From Spirochaetia bacterium (lineage in GTDB: Bacteria; Spirochaetota; Spirochaetia; CADAEX01): a stretch of DNA of 64,000 nt. Positions within the stretch are counted from its first letter, which is position 1. Every line of letters starts with the position of its first letter. The DNA lies in NCBI GenBank assembly GCA_963662795.1, contig OY759746.1, forward strand, positions 928,001 through 992,000, read 5' to 3'. Made by a program: the position numbers and the translations under genes. The notes beneath the pieces are model-generated. The model did no database searches, was not told where the DNA came from, and saw only the letters and a list, made by a program, of their open reading frames with translations. Shown here in pieces: positions 38,803-48,238 of the stretch.

Positions 38803-40063
38803 TTTCCGATGTCCTGTATTCTGTTTTTACCGGATCAAAGGGTGCTTCAACAGTAATCAGGGTACCCTCATCCGGGGCAGTTTTTATATTAAAAATACCC
38901 CTTACAAGTTCAATTCTCTCCTTCAATCCTGACAGACCGGAAGATGATTCTGATATATTGTCAATTATGAAACCCTTTCCGTTATCTTTTACTGATAAAT
39001 AAACCATATTGTCTGCAAATGAAACTGATACATCAATTTTGCTGCATAGAGAGTGTTTTACGGCATTTGTAAGAGCTTCCTGTACAACCCGGTATATGGC
39101 AAGTCTTACCGCATAACTGCATCTGCTGTCATCGCCTTCAAGCTGAAACCTTATATCGAAATTCTTCCCTTCGATTCTCCCTATAAGTTCTTTAACCACA
39201 GTACTGAGAGAAAAATCTTTCTGGGTTTTCAGACTTCTGACTGATTCCCTGACATCCTCCATTGCTTCAGTTGATGCTCTTCTGGCATCTTCGATAGCTT
39301 TAAGGGCAGATTCAGGATCAATTTTAAAATAGGCCTGTGCTTTTGCAAGCTGGATATTGGTTGCTGTAAGATAATGCCCGATGCTGTCATGAATATCTCT
39401 TGCAAGACGGTTTCTTTCTTCGACTGCTACTGTATCAGCAATAATACTGGCATATTCCCTGATTTTCATATTTGACTTTTTAAGGTCTTCAAGCAGCTTC
39501 TGGTTTTCCTTTATGCTTTTTCTGTCCTCGACCCAGAGGATTGCCATGGTTTGGAAAAAAATAACTTTTCCAATTCTGAATATATTCATTGCTGTCATAA
39601 CAAATTCAGGAGGCATCCTGTTGTCATGGAATGGAAAATGTGCAAAGTAAGGTACCAGAGCTGCCGTAACAAGAATTATAATAAAAACTGCCCATCTGAT
39701 ACGGTTTTGAAAAATAAATGTTGCGTAATAGATTACAAACGGGGCGAAAACAAATACATAAAGGTCCGGGCTTTTTATTATAACACAAAGAATAAACGGT
39801 GTTATTCTGATCAGGAAAAGAAAAATACTGATCTGCCCGGGAGTTTCATATTTCCATCTGAAATACTCGATAAGTTCAAGTAACAGGATAACAGAAGCTG
39901 AAACCAGTGTAATAATTATATAGGAAGGCAAACCCGATGACCCTCTCCATTCCTTCCCGAGAAATCGTAAATAAAGAGGAGCATGTATGGCAAGATATGC
40001 AGTAAGCAGTGCAAGCCTTGAGATATTTTGATTGCTAATTGAAGAATTAACTTTATTTTCCAT
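38792..40063 (-). CDS. sensor histidine kinase (HisKA_3 type, intramembrane-sensing)
   Basis: About 5 TM segments; EERNRLARDIHDSIGH, QEALTNAVKH, DNGKGF and GLSGLKER motifs. Confidence 0.95.
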   Translation of the reverse strand: MENKVNSSISNQNISRLALLTAYLAIHAPLYLRFLGKEWRGSSGLPSYIIITLVSASVILLLELIEYFRWKYETPGQISIFLFLIRITPFILCVIIKSPDLYVFVFAPFVIYYATFIFQNRIRWAVFIIILVTAALVPYFAHFPFHDNRMPPEFVMTAMNIFRIGKVIFFQTMAILWVEDRKSIKENQKLLEDLKKSNMKIREYASIIADTVAVEERNRLARDIHDSIGHYLTATNIQLAKAQAYFKIDPESALKAIEDARRASTEAMEDVRESVRSLKTQKDFSLSTVVKELIGRIEGKNFDIRFQLEGDDSRCSYAVRLAIYRVVQEALTNAVKHSLCSKIDVSVSFADNMVYLSVKDNGKGFIIDNISESSSGLSGLKERIELVRGIFNIKTAPDEGTLITVEAPFDPVKTEYRTSENGE

Positions 40064-40132
40064 AGTTATCAGGATTATAACACAGGACAGGGCTGTTAAT
40101 AATAATTAAAAGTCACAATCTCCTCCATCTTT

Positions 40133-40169
40133 ATATGACTTAAGTCATATCATTTTATGCCTCACGGCA
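40133..40169. promoter_or_regulatory. putative response-regulator binding sites upstream of the efflux operon
   Basis: Perfect palindrome ATATGACTTAAGTCATAT (40133-40150), plus a second site TGCC-N4-GGCA (40158-40169) offset by 22 bp. Confidence 0.65.
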
Positions 40170-40231
40170 CTGCAAGCTGCCGCTTATCTCCTTCATAATA
40201 TTTTTGAAACAGATAAGGAGAGGTTTATGCC

Positions 40232-41581
40232 ATGCGGAAGAAAGCACTAGTTACATTATTTCTTGCAACTGCAGTTTTGATCCAGCTTCCTGCTGATGAA
40301 AAAAAAGTCCTGGAAATAACAAGGGAAAAAGCACTTGAACTGGTTTTCAGTCACAGCAGGGAAGCCCAGATAATGCAGATAGATCTTGATCAGGCAAAAA
40401 GGGCTTCGGATTACAGCTGGAACGAGCTTCTGCCCCAGTTATCTGCATCAGCTGATCTTAATACTTCAGGAAATAAAGAGAGCTTTAATAAGGGAGAAAA
40501 CCCGTTTGATACAGATATTTCTCTTGGAATCTCATTTCTCCTGGATCCCGGGATCAGGGAGAAAATCAGACAGAAAAAAATAAGCTATTCAATTCAGGAT
40601 ATGAACATGGAAAAAACTACAGCATCAATAAAAAACAGTGTAGACAAGATGTTCTATTATCTTCTTGCGTCAGGAAAAAACATTGAAATCAAGGAAAAAG
40701 CTCTCGCTCTTGCAGAAAAACAGTACATCCAGGCTCAGGTTAATTTTAAAAACGGGCTTGAGTCTGAACTTCAGGTACTTCAGGCAAGAATCAGCGTTGA
40801 GAACCAGAAACCTGATATAAGCACAGCCAGACTTGATTATGAAAATACTCTTATGCGCTTTAAGGATATGCTCGGACTTGATAAAGAAACTCCGGTTTCC
40901 TTAAAGGGTGACCTTGAAATCGAACCGATTGATCTTGACGGGGAAAAGCTTATTAAAGAATTCCTCCGTTCAACATCAGATATAAAAATTCTTGAAAAGA
41001 CAGCCCAGCTTAACAGCAGCCTTTTAAAAGGAGCCAGGAAGACAGCTTATATTCCGTCCTTTTCAATCAGCGGGAGCTACAGTAATACTTTGAATGATTT
41101 TACTGAAAATCTCCCTGCCCTTTCCCAGTCGGCTGCCAGCAGCGGTGAATGGACTGACACCGCTTCAGTGACACTTGCCCTTACATGGTCTCCCAACTCT
41201 CTTTTGAAAGGATCTGCAGAAAACCTCAGTCTTAAATCAGCAGAAGATTCCCTGAAAAAATCACGTCTTGAGCTTGATGATGGGGCAGAGACACTAAAAA
41301 GAGACATAAACTCAAAAATTCTTGAACTTGAAACCTACCGGGACAATCTTGATCTCTCAAGAATGAATATCTCACTTGCTGAAAAGTCATATCAGATGAC
41401 TAATGACTCATTTAAAAAGGGAACGGCTGAAAGACTTGAAGTTGAAGAGTCAAGGCAGGAATGGGAAACAGCCCAGCAGAATTATCTTTCAAGCTTATAT
41501 CAATATCGATCAGGTCTTCTGGATCTTGCATTTCTGTTAAATACAAATATCGAAACACTCAGGGAGGTTGGAAAAAAATGA
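40232..41581 (+). CDS. TolC family outer-membrane efflux protein
   Basis: Signal peptide; two OEP repeats (LPQLS...Y..LL...A...F..G; A...Y......F..G...LE); first gene of the MFP-RND operon. Confidence 0.88.
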   Translation: MRKKALVTLFLATAVLIQLPADEKKVLEITREKALELVFSHSREAQIMQIDLDQAKRASDYSWNELLPQLSASADLNTSGNKESFNKGENPFDTDISLGISFLLDPGIREKIRQKKISYSIQDMNMEKTTASIKNSVDKMFYYLLASGKNIEIKEKALALAEKQYIQAQVNFKNGLESELQVLQARISVENQKPDISTARLDYENTLMRFKDMLGLDKETPVSLKGDLEIEPIDLDGEKLIKEFLRSTSDIKILEKTAQLNSSLLKGARKTAYIPSFSISGSYSNTLNDFTENLPALSQSAASSGEWTDTASVTLALTWSPNSLLKGSAENLSLKSAEDSLKKSRLELDDGAETLKRDINSKILELETYRDNLDLSRMNISLAEKSYQMTNDSFKKGTAERLEVEESRQEWETAQQNYLSSLYQYRSGLLDLAFLLNTNIETLREVGKK

Positions 41582-42543
41582 TTAAAAAAATAAACAGTGC
41601 CGAAATGACCCGGCTGGTGCTCATTGCCTGCACCGTTATTCTTACAGTTTCTGTTGCACTTAATATTTTAGGCAGCGGGGGAAAACCCATGCAGGGAGAA
41701 AATGGAGTGAAGCCATCTGTAATGGCTGATTCAGCAGATGCGGAGACAGTTTTTTCAGTTAATGCAGAAAACCCTTCACGGGAAAATATAAGTGAAAGTC
41801 TTAGAATCAATGGAGATGTGGTTACAGAAAACAGTGTTGAAATATATCCCGATACATCAGGCAAGCTTGTAAAAAGGTCTGTTTCAATAGGTGATTATGT
41901 TTCAAAAGGGGATGTTATTGCAAAGGTTGATCCGTCAAAACCGGGAACCGTTTATGAGGAAAGTCCTGTTGAATCAACAATTTCAGGAACTGTTACAAAA
42001 CTTCCGGGCAGTATAGGCGACACAGTTACAGCACAGAGTTCAATTGCAACGATCGGAGATCTTGAAAATCTCCAGATCCAGGTTTTTATCCCGGAAAAAT
42101 ATCTGTCATGGATCAAGTCAGGGCTGAAAGGGGAAGCTGAATTTACAGCATATCCCGGGAAAGGGGTTGCCGTACATATTGCCGAAGTCAGTCCGGTTCT
42201 TGACAGTGATTCACGAACGATCAGGGTTAAGCTTTCATTTGACAATTTTGACAGCAGAACTGTCAAAGCAGGCATGTTTGCCTCTGTCAGTATTTTTACC
42301 AGAATCTCGGAAAATACCCTTACAGTCCCGTCTTCCTCAGTTCTTGACAGCGGGAAAGGAAGTTATGTGTATGTAGTCGAGGGCGATAAAGCAATAATAC
42401 GATATGTTGAAATCGGATTGGCATCAGAGACAAAAACAGAAATTCTGTCAGGTATTGACGGGAATGACGATGTAATAGTCTCGGGACAGAGCCTTCTTTC
42501 AGACGGGGCTTCTGTCAAAATAATCAGGGGGGCTGTAAAATGA
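41578..42543 (+). CDS. RND efflux periplasmic adaptor (MFP)
   Basis: N-terminal TM; SGK...V.IGD.V.KGD, STISG, SPVLD..SRT, GMFA and G...V..G motifs; ATGA overlaps on both sides. Confidence 0.9.
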   Translation: MIKKINSAEMTRLVLIACTVILTVSVALNILGSGGKPMQGENGVKPSVMADSADAETVFSVNAENPSRENISESLRINGDVVTENSVEIYPDTSGKLVKRSVSIGDYVSKGDVIAKVDPSKPGTVYEESPVESTISGTVTKLPGSIGDTVTAQSSIATIGDLENLQIQVFIPEKYLSWIKSGLKGEAEFTAYPGKGVAVHIAEVSPVLDSDSRTIRVKLSFDNFDSRTVKAGMFASVSIFTRISENTLTVPSSSVLDSGKGSYVYVVEGDKAIIRYVEIGLASETKTEILSGIDGNDDVIVSGQSLLSDGASVKIIRGAVK

Positions 42544-45500
42544 CTTTCACCCAAAGGGTTATAGACCGCCCTGTCACTATAGTAATTGTTTTTATTCTGC
42601 TTATTGCGCTTGCTGTTTTTATGATCCCCGGAATCGCAATAGATCTGTTCCCTTCTGTTAATCCTCCTATTGTAGTTGTGAGAACATCATATGACGGGGC
42701 AGGAGCAGAAGAGGTTGAAAAAAACCTAACAATGCTGCTTGAGGGACAGCTTGCCAATGTAAGTGATCTTAAAGACATGACTTCTACCTCAAGTGAGGGC
42801 TTGAGTCTTATAATAATGGAATTTGACTTCGGTAAAGACCTTAATGAAGCGCTTGATGATATAAGAGACCAGCTTGAAATAATTTCGGACAGCCTGCCTG
42901 ACGACTGTGATTCCCCTGTCACATTTAAAATTGACCCGTCTGCCGAGGCTATTATGAGTCTGGTAGTAACGGGAGAGAAAACTCCCGAACAGCTGAGGGA
43001 AATAGCAGAAAATGATATAGAATCGATGATCGAAAGGGTAAGCGGCGTCTCCACAACCTCTGTCAAGGGGGGCAGAGGATCGGTAATCCGGGTGGAGGTA
43101 TTACAGAACAGGCTTGAAGCCTATAATCTCACCCTGACATCAGTATCTTCCGTTCTTGCCAGGCAGAACCTTCAGGTAGGCGGTGGAGACATAAAAAAAG
43201 GAGATATTGAATACTATATAAGAACTAACGAGGAATTCAGTTCGGTTGACGAAATAAGGGATACAGTTATCAGCACCAAAACAGTAACAGGAAGCGGAGG
43301 GATTGAGAGCACAAAAATCATAACTCTGGGAGATATTGCAGATGTCTTCCGGGGTTATGAAGATGCTGACTCAATTGTTACCATAAACGGGGAAAGCGGC
43401 GTCTATATTGAGGTAAAGAAGGAAAGCGGGACAAACAGCGTTAAGGTTGCTGAAAATGTAAAAGCATCTGTGGAGAAAGTTAACAAAAGCCTTCCTCCCG
43501 GGGTAAAACTCGAAATCCTGTATGATTCCACAGACATGATCGGAGGAGTCCTTGACACAGTTGTAAGATCTGCTATTCAGGGACTTCTTCTCGCAATGGG
43601 GATTCTCTTTTTTTTCCTGAGAAATATCAGGAGCACCATAATTGTAGGATTATCAATCCCGATTTCCATGCTTATAACAGTAATGTGCATGTATTTCTTT
43701 GATCTGACTCTCAATCTCATGACTCTTGCAGGCCTTATTCTTGGACTCGGAATGATAGTGGACGGCGCCATAGTAATTCTTGAAAATATTTATCAGTACA
43801 GGGAGAGAGGGACAAAGCTGAAAACTGCAGCAGCTCTCGGAAGCCATGAAATGTATATGGCTATTATTGCATCAAACCTTACCACAATCTGCGTATTTAT
43901 ACCGATCATAATTTTTAAAAATGATCTCGGAATGATGGGGCAGATATTCATGGACCTTGTTTTTACAATTGTCATATCGCTTCTTACTTCCCTTATTGTC
44001 GCACTTACCATTGTTCCCGTTCTCTGCAGCCATTATATAAAAATATATACATCAACCCAGAGACCTGTCAAAATCAGGTTTCTGGCAAAAATTGACTCTT
44101 TCATGTCAAAAGGGCAGGAACTGCTCGAAGAAGGCTATAAGAAAATTCTTGCAGGAGCCCTCGAAAACCGGGCGCTTGTTATTTTTACTGTTGTTCTTCT
44201 CCTGATATTCTCATTACAGCAGTTCCCTTCGCTCGGGATAGAACTTGTGCCGCAGATGGATGAAGATTCCGTAACACTTGAAGTTACTCTTCCTCCGGGT
44301 ACAACCCTTGAGAAGACCCAGGCTGTTCTTGAGGAAATGAAAAAAATGGCTGAAAAAGATATTAACGGATACAGTGATATAATACTCACGGCAGGAACAT
44401 CTGCAATGATGGGCAGCACTTCTTCATATAAGGGAAAGATGGAGATTGTACTATCTGATGAAAAAGGCGCGGACACAGACAAGGAAATAAAAAACAAACT
44501 AAGGAAATATTTTAATGATTTTCCTTCGGCGGAGTTTTCATTTTCCGCAGGAAGAAGGAGAATGGGGAATTCAAGCCCGGTGGATATTATTGTCAAGTCG
44601 GACAGTCTTGAAAAGGCGGTAGATACTGCCGACACAATACTTGCACTTATAAAGGAAAACCTTAAAGGTATTACAGATGCTGAAACAGATATGGATAAAG
44701 GGATTCCTCAGGTTCAGGTTGTAATTGACAGAAAAAGGGCTTATATACTCGGAGTTGATGTCAAGACAGTCGCCAATGAGATAAAGGCAAGCCTCGGAGG
44801 TATAACAGCCACGACATTCAGGGAAGATGGCGAAGAATATGATGTCCTGCTTGTTCTGAAGGAAAGCGACAGGGATGAAATACCTGATCTTGATAAAATA
44901 TCTGTAATAAGTTCTGAAGGTGAAAGAATTGCCGTTTCAAATATTGCTTCTCTTGTGGAGAATGAAGGACCGCTTGCAATAAACAGGGAGGATGAGATAA
45001 GAACGGTCCATGTGACAGGTGATCTTGCCAAAGGATATCCATCCAATGTTGCACTTGTAGATCTTAAAAAACTTGTCACTGACAACATAGTCGGTGATCC
45101 AGGCATAATTATTGAATACGGAGGAGATTTTGAGGACACGGCCGATTATACCAACAGTTTTTCTGTAATACTGATTATGGCAGCCCTTCTGGTTTTTGGC
45201 ATTATGGCAAGTCAGTTCGAATCATTAAAAGACCCTTTTATCATATTTTTCTCGATACCGCTCATGCTTATCGGTGTGATCTGGTTTTATAAACTTACAG
45301 GGGCTACATTCAGTATTTTTTCTGCAGTAGGGTTGGTTGTCCTTGTCGGTCTTGTTGTCAATAACGGGATTGTACTTGTAGACTATACGAACAGACTTAA
45401 AAACAGGGGGTATTCCGTAAGGAATGCATGTCTTGATGCCGCAGGCAGCAGGTTACGCCCAATACTTATGACAACCCTTACAACCATTCTCGGGATGCTC

Positions 45501-45689
45501 CCCCTTGCACTTTCTACCGGTGGCGATACCGCAATGGTACGGCCGACAGCTCAGACAATAATCGGCGGGTTATCCGTTAGTTCTTTTATAACCCTCTTTG
45601 TGACACCGGTAGTTTATTCGCTTCTTAACAGAAAAAAAAACAACTCCGGAAAAAACAGATTTGAAAGCAAAAGCATGGAGGCAGTTTAA
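42540..45689 (+). CDS. AcrB/AcrD/AcrF family RND efflux permease
   Basis: 1049 aa; IDRPV, GMIVDGAIVILENI, VNNGIVLVDY and RLRPILMTTLTT motifs. Confidence 0.95.
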   Translation: MTFTQRVIDRPVTIVIVFILLIALAVFMIPGIAIDLFPSVNPPIVVVRTSYDGAGAEEVEKNLTMLLEGQLANVSDLKDMTSTSSEGLSLIIMEFDFGKDLNEALDDIRDQLEIISDSLPDDCDSPVTFKIDPSAEAIMSLVVTGEKTPEQLREIAENDIESMIERVSGVSTTSVKGGRGSVIRVEVLQNRLEAYNLTLTSVSSVLARQNLQVGGGDIKKGDIEYYIRTNEEFSSVDEIRDTVISTKTVTGSGGIESTKIITLGDIADVFRGYEDADSIVTINGESGVYIEVKKESGTNSVKVAENVKASVEKVNKSLPPGVKLEILYDSTDMIGGVLDTVVRSAIQGLLLAMGILFFFLRNIRSTIIVGLSIPISMLITVMCMYFFDLTLNLMTLAGLILGLGMIVDGAIVILENIYQYRERGTKLKTAAALGSHEMYMAIIASNLTTICVFIPIIIFKNDLGMMGQIFMDLVFTIVISLLTSLIVALTIVPVLCSHYIKIYTSTQRPVKIRFLAKIDSFMSKGQELLEEGYKKILAGALENRALVIFTVVLLLIFSLQQFPSLGIELVPQMDEDSVTLEVTLPPGTTLEKTQAVLEEMKKMAEKDINGYSDIILTAGTSAMMGSTSSYKGKMEIVLSDEKGADTDKEIKNKLRKYFNDFPSAEFSFSAGRRRMGNSSPVDIIVKSDSLEKAVDTADTILALIKENLKGITDAETDMDKGIPQVQVVIDRKRAYILGVDVKTVANEIKASLGGITATTFREDGEEYDVLLVLKESDRDEIPDLDKISVISSEGERIAVSNIASLVENEGPLAINREDEIRTVHVTGDLAKGYPSNVALVDLKKLVTDNIVGDPGIIIEYGGDFEDTADYTNSFSVILIMAALLVFGIMASQFESLKDPFIIFFSIPLMLIGVIWFYKLTGATFSIFSAVGLVVLVGLVVNNGIVLVDYTNRLKNRGYSVRNACLDAAGSRLRPILMTTLTTILGMLPLALSTGGDTAMVRPTAQTIIGGLSVSSFITLFVTPVVYSLLNRKKNNSGKNRFESKSMEAV

Positions 45690-45982
45690 TGTACAGATTC
45701 GAAATAATCGCAAATAATGCAGTAGAAGAAGATATAATGGAAGCACTCGCCAATAAAAAAGCAAGCCGGTTTTATACCCGTTTGAACGGAGTACATGGAA
45801 GCGGGTACAGTGATCCCAAAATGGGTAATCCTGTCTGGCCGGAAGAGAATTTCATCCTGATTATCTATTGTGATGATAAAGAGGAAATAAATATAAAAAG
45901 TGCGGTGGAATCAGTAAAATTGAAATTCCCTGATGAAGGGATAAGATGTTTTGCAATTCCTTTTCCGGATAAGCAGAATTAA
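45689..45982 (+). CDS. small PII-like transporter-associated protein (PG0541 family-like)
   Basis: 97 aa; FYTRLNGVHGSG..DPKMG..VWPEEN motif; TAATG-coupled to the RND gene. Confidence 0.75.
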   Translation: MYRFEIIANNAVEEDIMEALANKKASRFYTRLNGVHGSGYSDPKMGNPVWPEENFILIIYCDDKEEINIKSAVESVKLKFPDEGIRCFAIPFPDKQN

Positions 45983-45988
45983 TTATTT

Positions 45989-46025
45989 CAGTTGAGGCAA
46001 TTCAAAAATTGTCTCAACTGTTTTT
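45989..46025 (+). terminator. rho-independent terminator of the efflux operon
   Basis: CAGTTGAGGCAATT-CAAA-AATTGTCTCAACTG followed by TTTTT. Confidence 0.8.
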
Positions 46026-46052
46026 CTGCTATTGAATATTTCCTAAACACTT

Positions 46053-47879
46053 TCAGGTTTTAAACCGCCCTATTTCGTTGTTAAGGTTATCAGTAGACTC
46101 ACCCAGTTCATCAGAAATCACAGTCATGGTTTCCATCACCCTGATGATCTCATCCGCGCCTGTCTGCATTTCAGACATCGCATTTGAAACCGAACTTGAA
46201 ATATCTTTTACGTTTTTCATAGCTTTCGAGGCTTTTTCGGTAGATGTCTGCATCTGGGATGCCTGGTCTCTTACAGAGACAGATGTTCCCTGCAGTTCTG
46301 TAATAGCTTCCAGTATCTGCCGTCCACCGGTATTTAATTCCTGGGTGCTTGCATTTATTTCACTCAGGCCATGAGAAACCTCTTCTATCTCGGCAGTTAT
46401 GCTTTCATAAGAATCCCTTGTTTTTATGCTTGATTCTGTGGCTGCCTGAATATCCTCAACCATATTTTTCAGAACTGTGGAAATATCCTTAACATTCGTA
46501 CTTGACGATTCCGCGAGTTTTCTTATCTCGCCGGCCACAACGGCAAATCCCCTGCCGGCATCTCCGGCATGGGCTGCTTCAATGGCGGCATTCATCGCAA
46601 GAAGGTTGGTCTGTGCGGCAATATTTGAAATTGTATCTGTCATCTTTTTTATTGCATCAATATTGTTGTTTATCCCCTGAACCATGTTGACGGTCCTGTT
46701 AAGTATTTCCCTGCTTGATGCCGCATTCTCTGACAATTTCCTGGTAGCCTCCTCACGTCTTGTCGCTATACTGGCTACATTGGATATTGAAGATATCATT
46801 TCTGTTATAGAAGCTGTGGACTGTTCTGTCATGGCCGACTGTGTTTCAATATCTTTATCCAGACTCCTGATGTTGTTTGTTATATCTTCAATACTAATTG
46901 AAGTATCCCTGATATTTCTGTCCAGGACCTGTATCTGTTCGTTGATATTTCTGATCGTTGCGGATATCTCTATTACTGAGGCATTTGCCTCCTCTGTGTT
47001 GACAGCAAGGGTCTGGCGGGATTCACTCGTTCTTGCTGCCACATTCTTGATATTGAGGACAATCTGCCTCAGTTTTTCTATAAAACTGTTAAAATAAGAG
47101 GCAAAAATTCCTATTTCATCTTTGCGGTCAATTGCAAGGACAGAGGAAAGATCCCCCTCCCCTTCAGCGATACCGCTAATCAATTTATTGGCCCTGTCCA
47201 GAGGTTTTCTGACTGTAAAATATACAAAAATAATCATAATCGGAACAAAAAACAGTACCAGGAGGATCAAAACCATGTAAACCATATTGGTCCGCTCCCC
47301 AAGTTTTACAATATGCTGATACTCCTGATCAGCAAGTGTAAGCGATACTCCGGTCAGCAGATCCATCTGGTTGCGCATATTCTCGAAATAGTCCCTGTAA
47401 AGTCCTTTATGGTATATCGTAAAAGCCTCATTCACATCTTCCGGACTTCCCTTTGCCTTCTGAAGAATTACATCAATTATATTTTTCCAGGAAGAGTATT
47501 GCTGATGAAAGGTTTCTATCTGTCCGTCCGACTCTGTCGAATAGCCTTTTATAAGAGGTTCAAAATTATTAAATCTGTCTTCCACCTGCTGTCTGTTTGT
47601 AACAACATTGTCTATAAGACTATCGTATTCAGCGTCAGGATTTCCTGTAAGGTATTCATATAGAAGGTCGAAAAGCCCAAGATTGGATTGGTAGGCATCA
47701 CGGTCAGCCTCAATCAGATAGTCAATGCTTACAAGACGTACTTTATATATCGACTCCGCATTGTCTCTTAATGAGTTCAGGTTGAAGACATTAAGAAATA
47801 TTCCCCCGCCCAGCAGAACCATAAAAATAATAAAGGCAAGGGTAATTTTTACCTGAAAAGTAATATCTCTGAATTTCAT
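46053..47879 (-). CDS. methyl-accepting chemotaxis protein (4-helix-bundle sensor, HAMP)
   Basis: Two TM segments, HAMP (GDLS...DEIG..A..FN), [35 protein letters not shown]. Confidence 0.96.
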   Translation of the reverse strand: MKFRDITFQVKITLAFIIFMVLLGGGIFLNVFNLNSLRDNAESIYKVRLVSIDYLIEADRDAYQSNLGLFDLLYEYLTGNPDAEYDSLIDNVVTNRQQVEDRFNNFEPLIKGYSTESDGQIETFHQQYSSWKNIIDVILQKAKGSPEDVNEAFTIYHKGLYRDYFENMRNQMDLLTGVSLTLADQEYQHIVKLGERTNMVYMVLILLVLFFVPIMIIFVYFTVRKPLDRANKLISGIAEGEGDLSSVLAIDRKDEIGIFASYFNSFIEKLRQIVLNIKNVAARTSESRQTLAVNTEEANASVIEISATIRNINEQIQVLDRNIRDTSISIEDITNNIRSLDKDIETQSAMTEQSTASITEMISSISNVASIATRREEATRKLSENAASSREILNRTVNMVQGINNNIDAIKKMTDTISNIAAQTNLLAMNAAIEAAHAGDAGRGFAVVAGEIRKLAESSSTNVKDISTVLKNMVEDIQAATESSIKTRDSYESITAEIEEVSHGLSEINASTQELNTGGRQILEAITELQGTSVSVRDQASQMQTSTEKASKAMKNVKDISSSVSNAMSEMQTGADEIIRVMETMTVISDELGESTDNLNNEIGRFKT

Positions 47880-48238
47880 AAATTCCTCCAGATATAAAGT
47901 GTTTTGCAGGTGCGATGCTATTATAATTATATATTAGTATAAATTTATATTGAAAAATGAAAATTCCTGTAAAAAGTACCGAATCCCGGCTTTTATTTAA
48001 TATTTTTCACCTTTTCAGAGGCAGATACGGCCAGGATCCGGAAGAGGGTCTTCATTTGAAACCGCGGCCATATTGAAGAAGGAATCTGACAACCACCATA
48101 TGCAATAAATATTGACGGAAGTTCAAAATAAAGCCTTGTCCCTGAAAATTTCCTTAATAAGGATCAAGTCCTGATTTTTTTTAATAAAACATTCCGGTTT
48201 AGGGTATTTTGTTTTACAATTATTATGGAGAGAACAGA

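Noticed and set aside
47880-48238. Long intergenic region between the MCP and MMPL genes as a possible riboswitch, sRNA or small ORF
   Set aside because: Only ORFs of about 20 aa or less without RBS were found; no c-di-GMP or other riboswitch hallmark recognised by eye
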